Below, piece by piece: positions 46,904 through 57,498 of a stretch of DNA of 64,000 bases; the first letter of the stretch is position 1; each line of letters opens with the position of its first letter. The notes below the pieces were generated by a model that was not told the DNA's origin, searched no databases, and saw only the letters and a program-made list of their open reading frames with translations. Position numbers and translations under genes: made by a program. The DNA comes from Brevundimonas sp. (GTDB lineage: Bacteria > Pseudomonadota > Alphaproteobacteria > Caulobacterales > Caulobacteraceae), in assembly GCF_035627055.1 (NCBI RefSeq), contig NZ_DASPMM010000009.1:22334-86333 (forward strand), in the 5' to 3' direction.

Positions 46904-48613
46904 CTATTCCTTGGAGCCGGCCTTTTCGCGCAGGGCGGCGCCGAGGATGTCGCCCAGCGAGGCGCCGGAGTCCGAGGACCCGAACTGCTCGATGGCGGCC
47001 TGCTCGTCCTTCATCTCCAGGGCCTTGATCGACACCGAGACGCGGCGCGAGGCCTTGTCGATGCCGGTGACCATGGCGTCGACGCGGTCGCCGACCGAGA
47101 AGCGCTCGGTGCGCTGCTCGTTGCGGTCGCGGGACAGGTCGGACTTGCGGATGAAGGCGGTCGCCGGGGCGTCCTCTTCACCGAACTTGACCTCGATGCC
47201 GCCAGTCTCGACCGCCGTCACGGTGACGGTGACCTGCTGGCCCTTCTTGAAGGCGTCCCCTTCCATCGGATCGCCGCCGAGCTGCTTGATGCCCAGCGAG
47301 ACGCGTTCCTTCTCGACGTCGACGTCCAGCACCTTGGCCTTGACCGTCTCACCCTTGCGGTAGCGCTGGATGGCTTCCTCGCCCGAGACGTTCCAGTCGA
47401 GGTCCGAGAGGTGGACCATGCCGTCGATGTCGTTGTCCAGGCCGATGAACAGGCCGAACTCGGTGGCGTTCTTGACTTCGCCCTCGACGGTCGAGCCGAT
47501 CGGGTGCGAGGCCACGAAGGCGTCCCACGGATTGTCCTGGGCCTGCTTCAGGCCCAGCGAGATGCGGCGCTTGGAGGCGTCGACGTCCAGCACGACCACG
47601 TCGACTTCCTGCGAGGTCGAGACGATCTTGCCGGGGTGGACGTTCTTCTTGGTCCAGGACATTTCCGAGACGTGGACGAGGCCTTCAACGCCGGCTTCCA
47701 GCTCAACGAACGCGCCGTAGTCGGTGATGTTGGTGATGCGGCCCGACATCTTGGCGCCGACCGGGTATTTGGCTTCCACGCCGTCCCACGGATCGGCCTG
47801 CAGCTGCTTCATGCCGAGCGAGATGCGCTGGGTGTCCGGGTTGATCTTGACGATCTGGACCTTGACGGTGTCGCCGACGGCGAGGACCTGCGACGGGTGC
47901 GAGACGCGCTTCCACGACATGTCGGTGACGTGCAGCAGGCCGTCGATGCCGCCCAGATCCACGAACGCGCCGTAGTCGGTGATGTTCTTGACCACGCCTT
48001 CGCGGACTTCGCCCTCTTGCAGCTGGCCGACCAGCTCGGTGCGCTGTTCGGCGCGGGCCTCTTCCAGGATGGCGCGGCGCGAGACGACGATGTTGCCGCG
48101 CGGACGGTCCATCTTGAGGATGGCGAAGGGCTGTTCCTTGCCCATCAGCGGGGCGACGTCGCGCACGGGGCGGATGTCGACCTGCGAGCCCGGCAGGAAG
48201 GCCGAGGCGCCGCCGAGGTCGACGGTGAAGCCGCCCTTGACGCGGCCGATGATGGCGCCGTTGACCGGCTGGCCTTCGGCGAAGACGACTTCCAGACGGG
48301 TCCAGGCTTCTTCGCGGCGGGCCTTGTCGCGGCTGATGACGGCTTCACCCAGGGCGTTCTCGACGCGCTCGAGGTAGACTTCGACGTTGTCGCCGAGCTT
48401 CGGGATGACGGCGCCTTCGCCGATGCCGAACTCGCGGGCCGGGATGCGGCCTTCGGTCTTCAGACCGACGTCGATGATCAGGATGTCCTTTTCGATGCCG
48501 ACGACGCGGCCGTGGACGACCTGGCCTTCGCCGAGGTCACGGCCCTGAAGGGTTTCGTCGAGCAGCGCGGCGAAGTCGTCACGCGAGGGGGAGAAGCTTT
48601 GGGTGTCGGTCAA
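46904..48613 (-). CDS. rpsA: 30S ribosomal protein S1
   Basis: Six S1 repeats; DVGLKTEG, KGGFTVD, ITDYGAFV, RISLGMKQ, SLGDILGAAL. Confidence 0.99.
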   Translation of the reverse strand: MTDTQSFSPSRDDFAALLDETLQGRDLGEGQVVHGRVVGIEKDILIIDVGLKTEGRIPAREFGIGEGAVIPKLGDNVEVYLERVENALGEAVISRDKARREEAWTRLEVVFAEGQPVNGAIIGRVKGGFTVDLGGASAFLPGSQVDIRPVRDVAPLMGKEQPFAILKMDRPRGNIVVSRRAILEEARAEQRTELVGQLQEGEVREGVVKNITDYGAFVDLGGIDGLLHVTDMSWKRVSHPSQVLAVGDTVKVQIVKINPDTQRISLGMKQLQADPWDGVEAKYPVGAKMSGRITNITDYGAFVELEAGVEGLVHVSEMSWTKKNVHPGKIVSTSQEVDVVVLDVDASKRRISLGLKQAQDNPWDAFVASHPIGSTVEGEVKNATEFGLFIGLDNDIDGMVHLSDLDWNVSGEEAIQRYRKGETVKAKVLDVDVEKERVSLGIKQLGGDPMEGDAFKKGQQVTVTVTAVETGGIEVKFGEEDAPATAFIRKSDLSRDRNEQRTERFSVGDRVDAMVTGIDKASRRVSVSIKALEMKDEQAAIEQFGSSDSGASLGDILGAALREKAGSKE

Positions 48614-48760
48614 TGGGGTTTCTACGGTTGTGGCGCGCGACCGAAGGGCCCCGCGCGAGGTGAGTTGAAGAGGGAGATCAGGTCGTCGGGATGCGAGGCT
48701 GAAGAAGCCAGATCGCCCGCGGCTATCGAGGTTGGGAGCGTTGGATTTGTCCGGCGGTCC

Positions 48761-49411
48761 CTAGAGACCGTGTCGGACGCGCGCCGCCTCGACGATACGG
48801 CGGGCCGCATCGAAGGCGGTCTCTATATCCATATCGGTCGTATCCAGCAAGACAGCGTCTTGCGCCTGGACCATGGGGGCGGCCCCGCGCCCGGCGTCGC
48901 GCTCGTCGCGGCGGACGATGTCGGCCAGCATGTCGTCATAGGCGATGACGGCGCCGCGGGCGGTGAGCTGTTTCCAGCGGCGGGTCGCCCGCACCTGAGG
49001 CGTCGCCGTAACGAACAGCTTGGCGGGGGCGTCGGGGGCGATGACGGTGCCGATGTCGCGGCCGTCGAGCACGGCGCCGCCGGGCTGATGGGCGAAAGCC
49101 TTCTGGAAGGCGAGCAGCGCGGCGCGGACGCCGGTGTAGCCCGCGACCCTGCTGGCCGCCTCGCCCGCGCCGCCGCTGGTCAGGCGGTCCGTGTCGGTCA
49201 GGTGGCTGGCGTCCAGCGCCCGGGCCACGGCCTCGGCGGCGGCCTCGTCGTCGAGCGAGCCGCCGGCGTCGAGCACGCCGACCCCGACGGCGCGGTAGAG
49301 CAGGCCGGTGTCGAGGTGCGGCAGGCCGTATTCCGCCGCCAGGCGCGCGGCGATGGTGCCCTTGCCCGAGGCGGCGGGTCCGTCGACGGCGATGATCAGG
49401 GCGGCGCTCAT
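48761..49411 (-). CDS. cmk: Cytidylate kinase
   Basis: [38 protein letters not shown]. Confidence 0.97.
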   Translation of the reverse strand: MSAALIIAVDGPAASGKGTIAARLAAEYGLPHLDTGLLYRAVGVGVLDAGGSLDDEAAAEAVARALDASHLTDTDRLTSGGAGEAASRVAGYTGVRAALLAFQKAFAHQPGGAVLDGRDIGTVIAPDAPAKLFVTATPQVRATRRWKQLTARGAVIAYDDMLADIVRRDERDAGRGAAPMVQAQDAVLLDTTDMDIETAFDAARRIVEAARVRHGL

Positions 49412-50739
49412 GCGGAGGCGATATCCGCCCCGAGGCCGCGCATCAACTCGACAAAGCCGGGGAAGCTGGTGGCGATCATGCCGGGTTCGTCGACGGTGAC
49501 CGGCTGCTCAGCCGCCAGACCGAGCACCAGATGGCTCATGGCGATGCGGTGGTCGCCGTGAGTGGTCACGGTCGCGCCGCCGCGAACGGGTCGGGCTTTC
49601 GGGCCGCCGGTGACGGTGAAGCCCTCGGGCTCCTCCTCGACGGCGACGCCGCAGGCCCGCAGGCCGGCGGCCATCAGGGCGATGCGGTCGCTTTCCTTGA
49701 CCCGCATCTCCCCGATGCCGCGCATGACGGTGGCGCCGCTGGCGAAGGCGGCCGTGGCGGCGAGGACGGGGTATTCGTCGATCATGGAGGCGGCGCGCTC
49801 CGGCGGGACGATCACGCCGGCGAGCTGCGAGTGGCGGGCGGTGACGTCGCCGATCTCCTCGCCGCCGGCGGTGCGGCGGTTGGCGATGGTCAGGTCGGCG
49901 CCCATCTCGCGCCAGGTCTCGAACAGGCCCGTTCGCAGGGGGTTGAGCATGACGCCCTCGACGGTGATCGAGGCGCCGGGCACGACCAGGGCGGCGGCCA
50001 GCGGGAAGGCGGCGGAGGACGGGTCGCCGGGGATGGAGACCGGGGTTCCGGTCAGGGCCTGGCCGCCGGCGAGGCGGACGGCGGTGCAGTCGTCCAGCTC
50101 GGCCACGCGGATATCGGCGCCGAAGGCGGGCAGCATGCGCTCGGTGTGATCGCGGCTCTGGATCGGCTCATAGACGAGGGTGTCGCCGGAGGCGTTCAGG
50201 GCGGCCAGCAGGAGGGCCGACTTGATCTGGGCCGAAGGGACCTCCTGCCAGTAGTCGAGGCCGCGAAGGCCCCCGCCGGTCAGCGTCAGGGGCAGTCGGT
50301 CTTCCTCCCCGAGCCATTCGAAGCGAGCGCCCATGTCAGTGAGCGGGCCGGTGACGCGCTTCATCGGCCGTTTGCGCAGGGAGGCGTCACCGTCGAAGGT
50401 GACCGTGATGGGATAACCCGCAGCGGCGCCCATCAGCAGGCGGACGCCGGTGCCGGCGTTGCCGCAGTCGATGACGCCCTCCGGTTGCCTGAAGCCGCCG
50501 TGGCCGGTGACGCGCCAGCCGCCCTGCCCCAGGCGTTCGACCCCGGCGCCGAAGGCCTCGACGGCGCGCGCGGTGGCAAGGACGTCGTCGCCCTCAAGCA
50601 GGCCGTCGATTTCGGTGACGCCCGTGGCCATGGCGGCGAGGATCAGGGCCCGGTGGGACATGGACTTGTCCCCCGGCGCGCGCACCGTTCCGCTGAGCCC
50701 GGAGGCGCGGCGGGCGGTCAGTTGGGAGGGGGTCGTCAC
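49408..50739 (-). CDS. aroA: EPSP synthase
   Basis: [58 protein letters not shown]. Confidence 0.98.
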   Translation of the reverse strand: MTTPSQLTARRASGLSGTVRAPGDKSMSHRALILAAMATGVTEIDGLLEGDDVLATARAVEAFGAGVERLGQGGWRVTGHGGFRQPEGVIDCGNAGTGVRLLMGAAAGYPITVTFDGDASLRKRPMKRVTGPLTDMGARFEWLGEEDRLPLTLTGGGLRGLDYWQEVPSAQIKSALLLAALNASGDTLVYEPIQSRDHTERMLPAFGADIRVAELDDCTAVRLAGGQALTGTPVSIPGDPSSAAFPLAAALVVPGASITVEGVMLNPLRTGLFETWREMGADLTIANRRTAGGEEIGDVTARHSQLAGVIVPPERAASMIDEYPVLAATAAFASGATVMRGIGEMRVKESDRIALMAAGLRACGVAVEEEPEGFTVTGGPKARPVRGGATVTTHGDHRIAMSHLVLGLAAEQPVTVDEPGMIATSFPGFVELMRGLGADIASA

Positions 50740-50846
50740 CCGGCGATCTCCGAAGCGTGCAGGCGGCGCGGAGATGGCTTTTGACAGCGGCCCTCAGGGG
50801 TGGCAAGGGACGCGCCCGAATTCCCCCCACCGAGAGAGGCGCCCCC

Positions 50847-51326
50847 GTGGCCAATCCCGAACTGGGCCAAAAGCAGGTCTGCCCGAACTGCCAGGCCAAA
50901 TTCTACGACCTGGGCCGTCGCCCGGCCCACTGCCCCAAATGCGCGACCGACTTCGACCCTGAAGAGGCGCTGAAGCTGCGCAACCGCCGCGGCCGCCCGG
51001 CCGGCTACGCCGCCGACGAGACCCCGGAAGAGGACGCCGAGGATCAGGTCGACAAGAAGAAGGTCGGCGACGACGATGACGAGGAAGAAGAAGCCGTCGT
51101 CACGCCGGAGATCGACGAGGAAGGCCACGAGCCGATCCTGACCCCGGACGACGACGACGACGAGACGCCGGTCGATCCGACCGAGGAGCCCGGCATGGGC
51201 GAAGCGGGCGACGACGACGACGTGCTGGCCGAGGATGACGACGACGACTCCGTGCCCTTCATCGAGGACGAGGACGACGACGCCTTCAACGACGACATCG
51301 TCAAGCCGGGCAAGGACGAGGACTAG
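50847..51326 (+). CDS. TIGR02300 (FYDLN-acid) family protein
   Basis: LGQKQVCPNCQAKFYDL..PAHCPKC zinc ribbon + highly acidic tail. Confidence 0.93.
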   Translation: MANPELGQKQVCPNCQAKFYDLGRRPAHCPKCATDFDPEEALKLRNRRGRPAGYAADETPEEDAEDQVDKKKVGDDDDEEEEAVVTPEIDEEGHEPILTPDDDDDETPVDPTEEPGMGEAGDDDDVLAEDDDDDSVPFIEDEDDDAFNDDIVKPGKDED

Positions 51327-51477
51327 GTTTTCCGCCCGTTCCGGGGCCGCCGGCGGCGGCTCCGGAGGGGTTGAAAATAAATGGCGAAACCGGGCTTGAT
51401 CGCGATCAGGCCCTGACATAGGTTCCGCCGCCTCGCCGGGGGGCGGTTTTCCTCCGGCGATCCGAGCCGAACGGCTT

Positions 51478-51553
51478 GGGGCTATAGCTCAGTTGGTAGA
51501 GCGCTTGAATGGCATTCAAGAGGTCAGCGGTTCGACTCCGCTTAGCTCCACCA
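51478..51553 (+). tRNA. tRNA-Ala(GGC)
   Basis: GGGGCTATAGCTCAGTTGGTAGAGC..CTTGA-ATGGCAT-TCAAG..GGTTCGACTCC..AGCTCCACCA. Confidence 0.98.
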
Positions 51554-51555
51554 TC

Positions 51556-51585
51556 GAAGGCCCCGCGGGAGACCGCGGGGCCTTC
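51556..51585 (+). terminator. GC-rich hairpin after tRNA-Ala
   Basis: GAAGGCCCCGCGG-GAGA-CCGCGGGGCCTTC perfect 13-bp stem. Confidence 0.65.
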
Positions 51586-51606
51586 GTCCCATCCGGCGTC
51601 CGGTCC

Positions 51607-51636
51607 GTTGATCGGCGGGCGCCGAATCCCCATTTA
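51607..51636 (+). promoter_or_regulatory. sigma32 (RpoH)-type promoter
   Basis: TTGA-N16-CCCCATTTA upstream of the small heat-shock protein gene. Confidence 0.7.
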
Positions 51637-51710
51637 ATCGTCATCGGCCGACGCCTTGCCGATCCCGGGAGGCGCAGACGGCCGCAGGCCTGCTTCGGGG
51701 GCGAGAGACG

Positions 51711-52130
51711 ATGAATACGCGCACCATCCTGTTCGACAGCCCCTTCCTGCTGGGCTTCGACCATACGAGAGCCCTGATCGACCGGGCGGCGCGGGCGGCG
51801 GCGGACAGCTATCCGCCCTACAATGTCGAGCAGCTGGGCGAGCATTCGGTGCGCATCACCCTGGCGGTCGCGGGCTTCGGTCCGGACGACCTGGCGGTGA
51901 CGATCGAGGGGCGGCAGCTGACCATCGCCGGCAAGCGCGAGGACGCAGGCAAGGCGGACCAGGCCTTCCTGCATCGCGGCATCGCCGGGCGCGGCTTCGT
52001 GCGCAGCTTCGTGCTGGCGGACGGGCTGGAGGTCGATGCGGCGCGGCTGGAGCACGGCCTGCTGCACGTCGAGCTGAGCCGGCCGGAGGACCTGCCCGCG
52101 GTGCGGCGCATCCCCATCACGACGGGCTGA
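51711..52130 (+). CDS. Hsp20/IbpA-type small heat-shock protein
   Basis: SPFLLGFD, YPPYNVEQ, ITLAVAGF, FLHRGIA.R.F.RSF.LA, ARLEHGLLH. Confidence 0.95.
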   Translation: MNTRTILFDSPFLLGFDHTRALIDRAARAAADSYPPYNVEQLGEHSVRITLAVAGFGPDDLAVTIEGRQLTIAGKREDAGKADQAFLHRGIAGRGFVRSFVLADGLEVDAARLEHGLLHVELSRPEDLPAVRRIPITTG

Positions 52131-52218
52131 TCCAGCCGTCGTTTCACCGGCCGCCGATGATCGGGGCCGAACCACACGGCCCCTCGGGGCGTTAGTTCAG
52201 AACAAGGAGGCGGTCGCC

Positions 52219-52476
52219 ATGACGCCGACGATGATGACCAAGGAAGACTTCAGGGGCCTCGGCGCCCCCGATCTGGTGTATGTGCGCGAAATCCGCGCCG
52301 CCGATGTGCTGGCGGATACGCCGATCCCCGAGGCCAAGGGCCTGTCCATTGATCCGGAAGCGGTGCTGTACGCCGTGCACGGGGCCGACGGCGAACGGCT
52401 GGCTGTCATGATGGACCGGGAAACCGCCTTCGCCGCCGCCGTGGCGCACGAGCTGGAGCCGGTGTCGGTTCACTAA
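52219..52476 (+). CDS. DUF1150 family protein
   Basis: LVYVREI, LYAVHGADGERLAV, AHELEPVSVH C-terminus; typical neighbour of Hsp20. Confidence 0.88.
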   Translation: MTPTMMTKEDFRGLGAPDLVYVREIRAADVLADTPIPEAKGLSIDPEAVLYAVHGADGERLAVMMDRETAFAAAVAHELEPVSVH

Positions 52477-52489
52477 TTCTCTTTTTCAC

Positions 52490-52627
52490 CCGTCATCCTC
52501 GGGCTTGACCCGAGGATCAGAGGTGAAGCGAGGCTGGGCGGCGGGCACGGCCCAGCGACCGCCCGATAACCGATCATCGACGCAGCACCGGACGGTCTGG
52601 CCCTCGGGTCAAGCCCGAGGGTGACGG
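52490..52627. repeat. Palindromic element, family B
   Basis: CCGTCATCCTCGGGCTTGACCCGAGGATCAG...GGTCTGGCCCTCGGGTCAAGCCCGAGGGTGACGG between convergent genes. Confidence 0.87.
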
Positions 52628-52654
52628 CGTGGGGATGGCTGCGGACGACGGAGC

Positions 52655-53122
52655 CTATGCCGCCGTGGCGGGGGCCTTGTCCCTGACGAACAGGGCGCGG
52701 ATGGCGTCGACGGTGCGGGCCTGACGCAGGTGCTCGCGCATTTCCGACGACCGCAGGGCGCGCGACACCGCGGCGAGGGCGCGCAGGTGCTCGGCCCCGT
52801 CCCGCGGCGGGGCGAACAGGGCGAATATCAGGTCGACGGGACGGTCATCCACCGAGCCGTAGGCGACCGGCGTGTCGAGGCGGACGAAGACCGCGGTGAC
52901 CTGGGCGATGCCTTCGAGGCGGGCGTGCGGGACGGCGACGCCCGAGCCGAGGCCGGTCGAGCCGAGGGCCTCGCGTTCCAGCAGGGCCTCCATGATACGG
53001 GCCTCCGGCAGGCCGAGGGCCTGGGCGGCGGCCTCTGCCACGCTGTGCAGCGCCTGACGTTTCGACGACGCGCCGCTGCGCAGGACGACGCCGCCGTCCG
53101 CCAGCAAATCACCGATGTCCAT
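52655..53122 (-). CDS. ptsN: PTS IIA-like nitrogen regulatory protein
   Basis: LLEREALGSTGLGSGVAVPHAR, VDDRPVDLIFAL, EHLRALA. Confidence 0.95.
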   Translation of the reverse strand: MDIGDLLADGGVVLRSGASSKRQALHSVAEAAAQALGLPEARIMEALLEREALGSTGLGSGVAVPHARLEGIAQVTAVFVRLDTPVAYGSVDDRPVDLIFALFAPPRDGAEHLRALAAVSRALRSSEMREHLRQARTVDAIRALFVRDKAPATAA

Positions 53123-53198
53123 GAGTTGATCCCGACTCTACCCAATCATTCCCGATGGGCGGGCGCCGTGTAGACGACCCGCCTCGTTGTGGGAAGCA

Positions 53199-53864
53199 CT
53201 ATGACGCGACACCGTTTACCGAACCGTGTCCATTGAGCGATTTCGACGTCCGCTCCGGATCGATCCAGCCGACATTGCCGTCGGGCCGGCGGTAGACGAC
53301 GGAGAGGCCGCCGTGGGCCGCATTGCGGAACACCACGACAGGATAGCCGGTCATGTCGAGCTCCAGCACCGCGCGGCCCACCGTGACGGTGCGGATCTCC
53401 GCCTCCGTCTCGGCGATGACCATGCCGACGGGCGGCGGTTCGCCGGGCGCGCCGGCCTCGCCGAAATCCTCATCCTCGACGGAATCGGGATCGCGCAGGA
53501 CGATGCTGCGGGCGACCTCCCGGGCGGCGTTCTCGGTTTTCTCGGGCGACAGGCCGCGCGGACCAATGTGGTGATCCTTGAGCCGGCGCTTGTAGCGGCG
53601 CACCCGCTTCTCGAGCTTGTCGAGACTTTCGGTGAAGGCCGAATGGGCGTCGCCGCCGAGGCCCGAGGTGAACACCACCTGGCCGGAGGCGAGACGGACC
53701 CAGCAATCGACCTTGAAGCTGTGACCCTCCTTGGCGACGATCACCTCGGCGTCCTGGGCCCCTCGTTCGAAGTATTTGCCGATCCCGTCCTGAAGTTCCT
53801 GGGAGATGCGCGAGCCTAACGCTTCGCCGACATCCACGTGCTTACCGCTGACCTGGATTTGCAT
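53199..53864 (-). CDS. hpf: Ribosome hibernation promoting factor (long form)
   Basis: MQIQVSGKHVDVG, LEKRVRRYKRRLKDHH, C-terminal VVFRNA..SVVYRRPDGNVGWIDP. Confidence 0.96.
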   Translation of the reverse strand: MQIQVSGKHVDVGEALGSRISQELQDGIGKYFERGAQDAEVIVAKEGHSFKVDCWVRLASGQVVFTSGLGGDAHSAFTESLDKLEKRVRRYKRRLKDHHIGPRGLSPEKTENAAREVARSIVLRDPDSVEDEDFGEAGAPGEPPPVGMVIAETEAEIRTVTVGRAVLELDMTGYPVVVFRNAAHGGLSVVYRRPDGNVGWIDPERTSKSLNGHGSVNGVAS

Positions 53865-53868
53865 GCCG

Positions 53869-53899
53869 ATAGAACGCGACCGAAGGCGTTTGGTGTCAA
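53869..53899 (-). promoter_or_regulatory. sigma70-type promoter directly abutting the hpf ATG
   Basis: Minus strand TTGACA (53899-94) and TTCTAT (53874-69); ATG at 53864; no SD. Confidence 0.55.
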
Positions 53900-53926
53900 C
53901 GCCGATCACAGTTTTGTGGCAAGGCT

Positions 53927-55441
53927 TCAGCCGACCCTGAGCATCCGCTTGCGCTGGACGGAAGACGGAATCCGCAACGCTTCCCGGTACTTGGCGACGG
54001 TGCGGCGGGCGATGTCGATGCCGGCCTCGTTAAGAATCTCGACGATCCGGTCGTCGGACAAAACGTCGCCATCGCGCGCTTCGCCGTCGATCATCGCCTT
54101 GATGCGATGACGCACCGCCTCGGCCGAATGGGCCGCGCCGCCGTCGGACGACTGGAGCGAGGCGGTGAAGAAGAATTTCAGCTCGAAGACGCCGCGCGGG
54201 GTCGAGACGTATTTGTTGGAGGTGACGCGGCTGACGGTGGACTCGTGCATGCCGATGGCGTCGGCGACCGTCTTCAGGTTCAGCGGCCGGAGGAATTCGA
54301 CGCCGAAGGCGAGGAAGGCGTCCTGCTGGCGCACGATCTCGGACGAAACCTTGAGGATGGTCTTGGCCCGCTGGTCGAGGGACTTGACCAGCCAGCTGGC
54401 CTGGGCCGCGCATTCGGCGACGAAGGTCTTCTCGGTGTCGGAGCGCGCGCCCGCGGCGACCACGCCGTGATAGCGCTTGTCCATGATCAGGCGCGGCAGG
54501 GTGTCGGCGTTGAGCTCGACCTTCCAGCCGCCGGCCGGATCGGGGCGGACGTGGACGTCCGGGATGACGGTCTGGGCCGGCTCGCCGCCGAAGCCGGCGC
54601 CCGGGCGCGGCGTCAGGGCCTTCAGCTCGGCGATCATCTCGGCCATGTCCTCGCCGTCGACGCCGCAGGCCTTCTTCAGGGCGGTCAGGTCGCGTTTGGC
54701 CAGCAGGTCGAGGTTGTCGAGCAGGCATTGCATGGCCGGATCGAAGCGGTTGCGCTCGATCAGCTGCAGCTTGAGGCATTCGGGAACGGAGCGGGCCATG
54801 ATGCCGGTCGGCTCGAAGCCGTGGCAGGTGGTCAGGACCGCTTCGACGCGGTCCAGCGCGACGCCGAGCCGGTCGGCGACCTCGGCGAGGTCGCCGCGCA
54901 GGTAGCCGCCCTCGTCCACGGCGTCGATCAGGCTGAGGGCGATGGCGTGGTCGGCGGGGCTGAAGCCGGCCTGCGACGCCTGCGCCTGCAGGTGCTCCCA
55001 CAGGGTGGCCTCGCGGCTGTCGGGCTGTTCGCGGCCCTCGCCGTCCGGCAGGCCGCCGCCCGAGCCGGCGCGGGACCAGTCGTTGAGACCGGGCTGGGCC
55101 TCGCCGGTCCCCACGTCCTCCATGCGGTCCGAGGTGCGCTCGCCCGGGCTGGCGTCGCCGTAGACGTCGTCGGAGCGGGCGTCGAGGGTGCGGTCGGCGT
55201 CCTGGACGCGGCCTTCGTCGAAGCTCATTTCCGAGGCGTCGGCGGTCTCTTGAGCCGGGGCGTCGATCTCGCCGGCCGGCTCGGCGTCCTCGCGCTGGAG
55301 CAGCGGATTCTTCTCGAGCTCGGCCTCGACGAAAGCGTCCAGCTCGAGGTTCGACAGTTGCAGCAGCTTGATCGCCTGCTGCAGCTGGGGCGTGATGACG
55401 AGCCCCTGCCCCTGACGTATCTCCAGCCTTTGTCCGAGCAC
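53927..55441 (-). CDS. rpoN: RNA polymerase sigma-54 factor
   Basis: ITPQLQQAIKLLQL, HESTVSRVTSNKY, LSDDRIV, RpoN box ARRTVAKYRE. Confidence 0.98.
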   Translation of the reverse strand: MLGQRLEIRQGQGLVITPQLQQAIKLLQLSNLELDAFVEAELEKNPLLQREDAEPAGEIDAPAQETADASEMSFDEGRVQDADRTLDARSDDVYGDASPGERTSDRMEDVGTGEAQPGLNDWSRAGSGGGLPDGEGREQPDSREATLWEHLQAQASQAGFSPADHAIALSLIDAVDEGGYLRGDLAEVADRLGVALDRVEAVLTTCHGFEPTGIMARSVPECLKLQLIERNRFDPAMQCLLDNLDLLAKRDLTALKKACGVDGEDMAEMIAELKALTPRPGAGFGGEPAQTVIPDVHVRPDPAGGWKVELNADTLPRLIMDKRYHGVVAAGARSDTEKTFVAECAAQASWLVKSLDQRAKTILKVSSEIVRQQDAFLAFGVEFLRPLNLKTVADAIGMHESTVSRVTSNKYVSTPRGVFELKFFFTASLQSSDGGAAHSAEAVRHRIKAMIDGEARDGDVLSDDRIVEILNEAGIDIARRTVAKYREALRIPSSVQRKRMLRVG

Positions 55442-55506
55442 CGTCCGCAGCCCCCTGCCGGGCCGAGTGGCCCGAAACTTGCTGCGGCCACTGTGTGGCC
55501 GGAACG

Positions 55507-55522
55507 GTTAACGGGGGTCTAA
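55507..55522 (-). promoter_or_regulatory. Candidate CtrA box upstream of rpoN
   Basis: Minus strand TTAG-N7-TTAAC, one mismatch from TTAA-N7-TTAAC. Confidence 0.55.
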
Positions 55523-55549
55523 GCGTCGGCGCCCGGCGCGGGTCGGGGC

Positions 55550-56341
<792 letters not shown>

Positions 56342-56362
56342 AGGGTCAGTCCGAGCCGGGGC

Positions 56363-56845
56363 TCAGGTCCCGCTGCGTTCAGGATAGAAGACGCCCTGGA
56401 CGCGGCCGCCCTCGCCGGCGCCGTCCATCTGGGCGGACTCGGTGCGGGTGTTGTAGGTCAGGCGGCCGCCGGTCATGACGTTCTCGCCCTGGGTCAGGAT
56501 CACGTCGCCGGTCAGCACGATGGTGTCGTTGGCCGGGGTGTAGACGGCGCGGTCGCCGCGGATGGTCTGGTCGGGGGTGACGAAATAGACGTTGCCGGTC
56601 GCCTCGACGCGGCTGAGGCCGCCGTTGGCGATCACGCCCTCGACGCGGTCGGCGCGGATGCGGTTGTCGCCCTGGGTCAGCTCGGCGCGTCCCCGCAGGG
56701 ACAGGGCGGTGGGGGTGCGCGACACCTCATCGGCGCCCCACATGATCGGCTGTCCGCTCTGGAAGCTCTGCGCGCCGCCGATGCCGGGCAGCGCCATGAG
56801 GGCCAGGGCGATCGCCGCCGTCGTCAGGGTTCTGGTCATGCTCAT
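56363..56845 (-). CDS. lptA: LptA/OstA family periplasmic LPS transport protein
   Basis: Signal peptide; AELTQG..IRAD, EATGNV, GDRAVY, LTGDVILTQGENV, RVQGVFYP; position in the lpt operon. Confidence 0.88.
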   Translation of the reverse strand: MSMTRTLTTAAIALALMALPGIGGAQSFQSGQPIMWGADEVSRTPTALSLRGRAELTQGDNRIRADRVEGVIANGGLSRVEATGNVYFVTPDQTIRGDRAVYTPANDTIVLTGDVILTQGENVMTGGRLTYNTRTESAQMDGAGEGGRVQGVFYPERSGT

Positions 56846-57498
56846 CCGTCCGACCTCGCGGCGTTGATGGTCCCGCGCACCTTGTTATCACCCGAGCCGC
56901 TGAACACGACCCGTTCGCCCTGTTCATAGATCGCATAGGACGAAGCGGTGACGGTTCCAAGGGGGCCGGAGCCCTGGACGCCCTTCGAGCCGGTCACGAT
57001 GCCGGTCGAGGTGTTCACCACCGCCTCGGGCGTGACGAGGGTGAAACCCGAACCGCCGTCCGAGATTCGCACGTTCGGACCGATGGTCACGGTCTTCGCA
57101 GCCTCGTCGTAGACGCCGCCGTCGGCGGTCAGGGTGGTGACCTTGCGGCCGCCGAGATTGAGCCGCAGGGCGGGGCCGACCAGACGGAAGCGGCCGGTTT
57201 CGGCGTCGCGCACGGCGCGCTCGAAGCCGACCACGAAGCTGCGGCCCTGGGCGTCCTGGCCGAGGAAGCGGGATTTCTCGAGGGTGACCTCCCGGCTCGC
57301 CCCGGCCTTGCGCTCGACGTCCGAGATGACGCTGCGCAACACGATCCAGCTGATCGTGCCGCCGGCCAGGACGATGATGGCGACCGGCAGGATTCGGCGC
57401 AGCAGCTGCACGCGGCGGGAGCGGGCGCGGAACGCCTTCGCCGTGGCGGCGATGCGGGCCTCGTCCGCCTGGTCGCGCGTGTCGCCCGGTTCGGTCAT
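56842..57498 (-). CDS. lptC: LptC-like LPS export protein
   Basis: RSRRVQLLRRILP + TM helix + beta-jellyroll-like region; upstream of lptA. Confidence 0.85.
   Translation of the reverse strand: MTEPGDTRDQADEARIAATAKAFRARSRRVQLLRRILPVAIIVLAGGTISWIVLRSVISDVERKAGASREVTLEKSRFLGQDAQGRSFVVGFERAVRDAETGRFRLVGPALRLNLGGRKVTTLTADGGVYDEAAKTVTIGPNVRISDGGSGFTLVTPEAVVNTSTGIVTGSKGVQGSGPLGTVTASSYAIYEQGERVVFSGSGDNKVRGTINAARSDG

Noticed and set aside
51040-51326. GAC/GAG microsatellite-like runs
   Set aside because: They encode the normal acidic tail of TIGR02300 proteins
51478-51710. Genomic island integrated at tRNA-Ala
   Set aside because: No integrase, no duplicated tRNA 3' end; flanking genes are typical chromosomal genes
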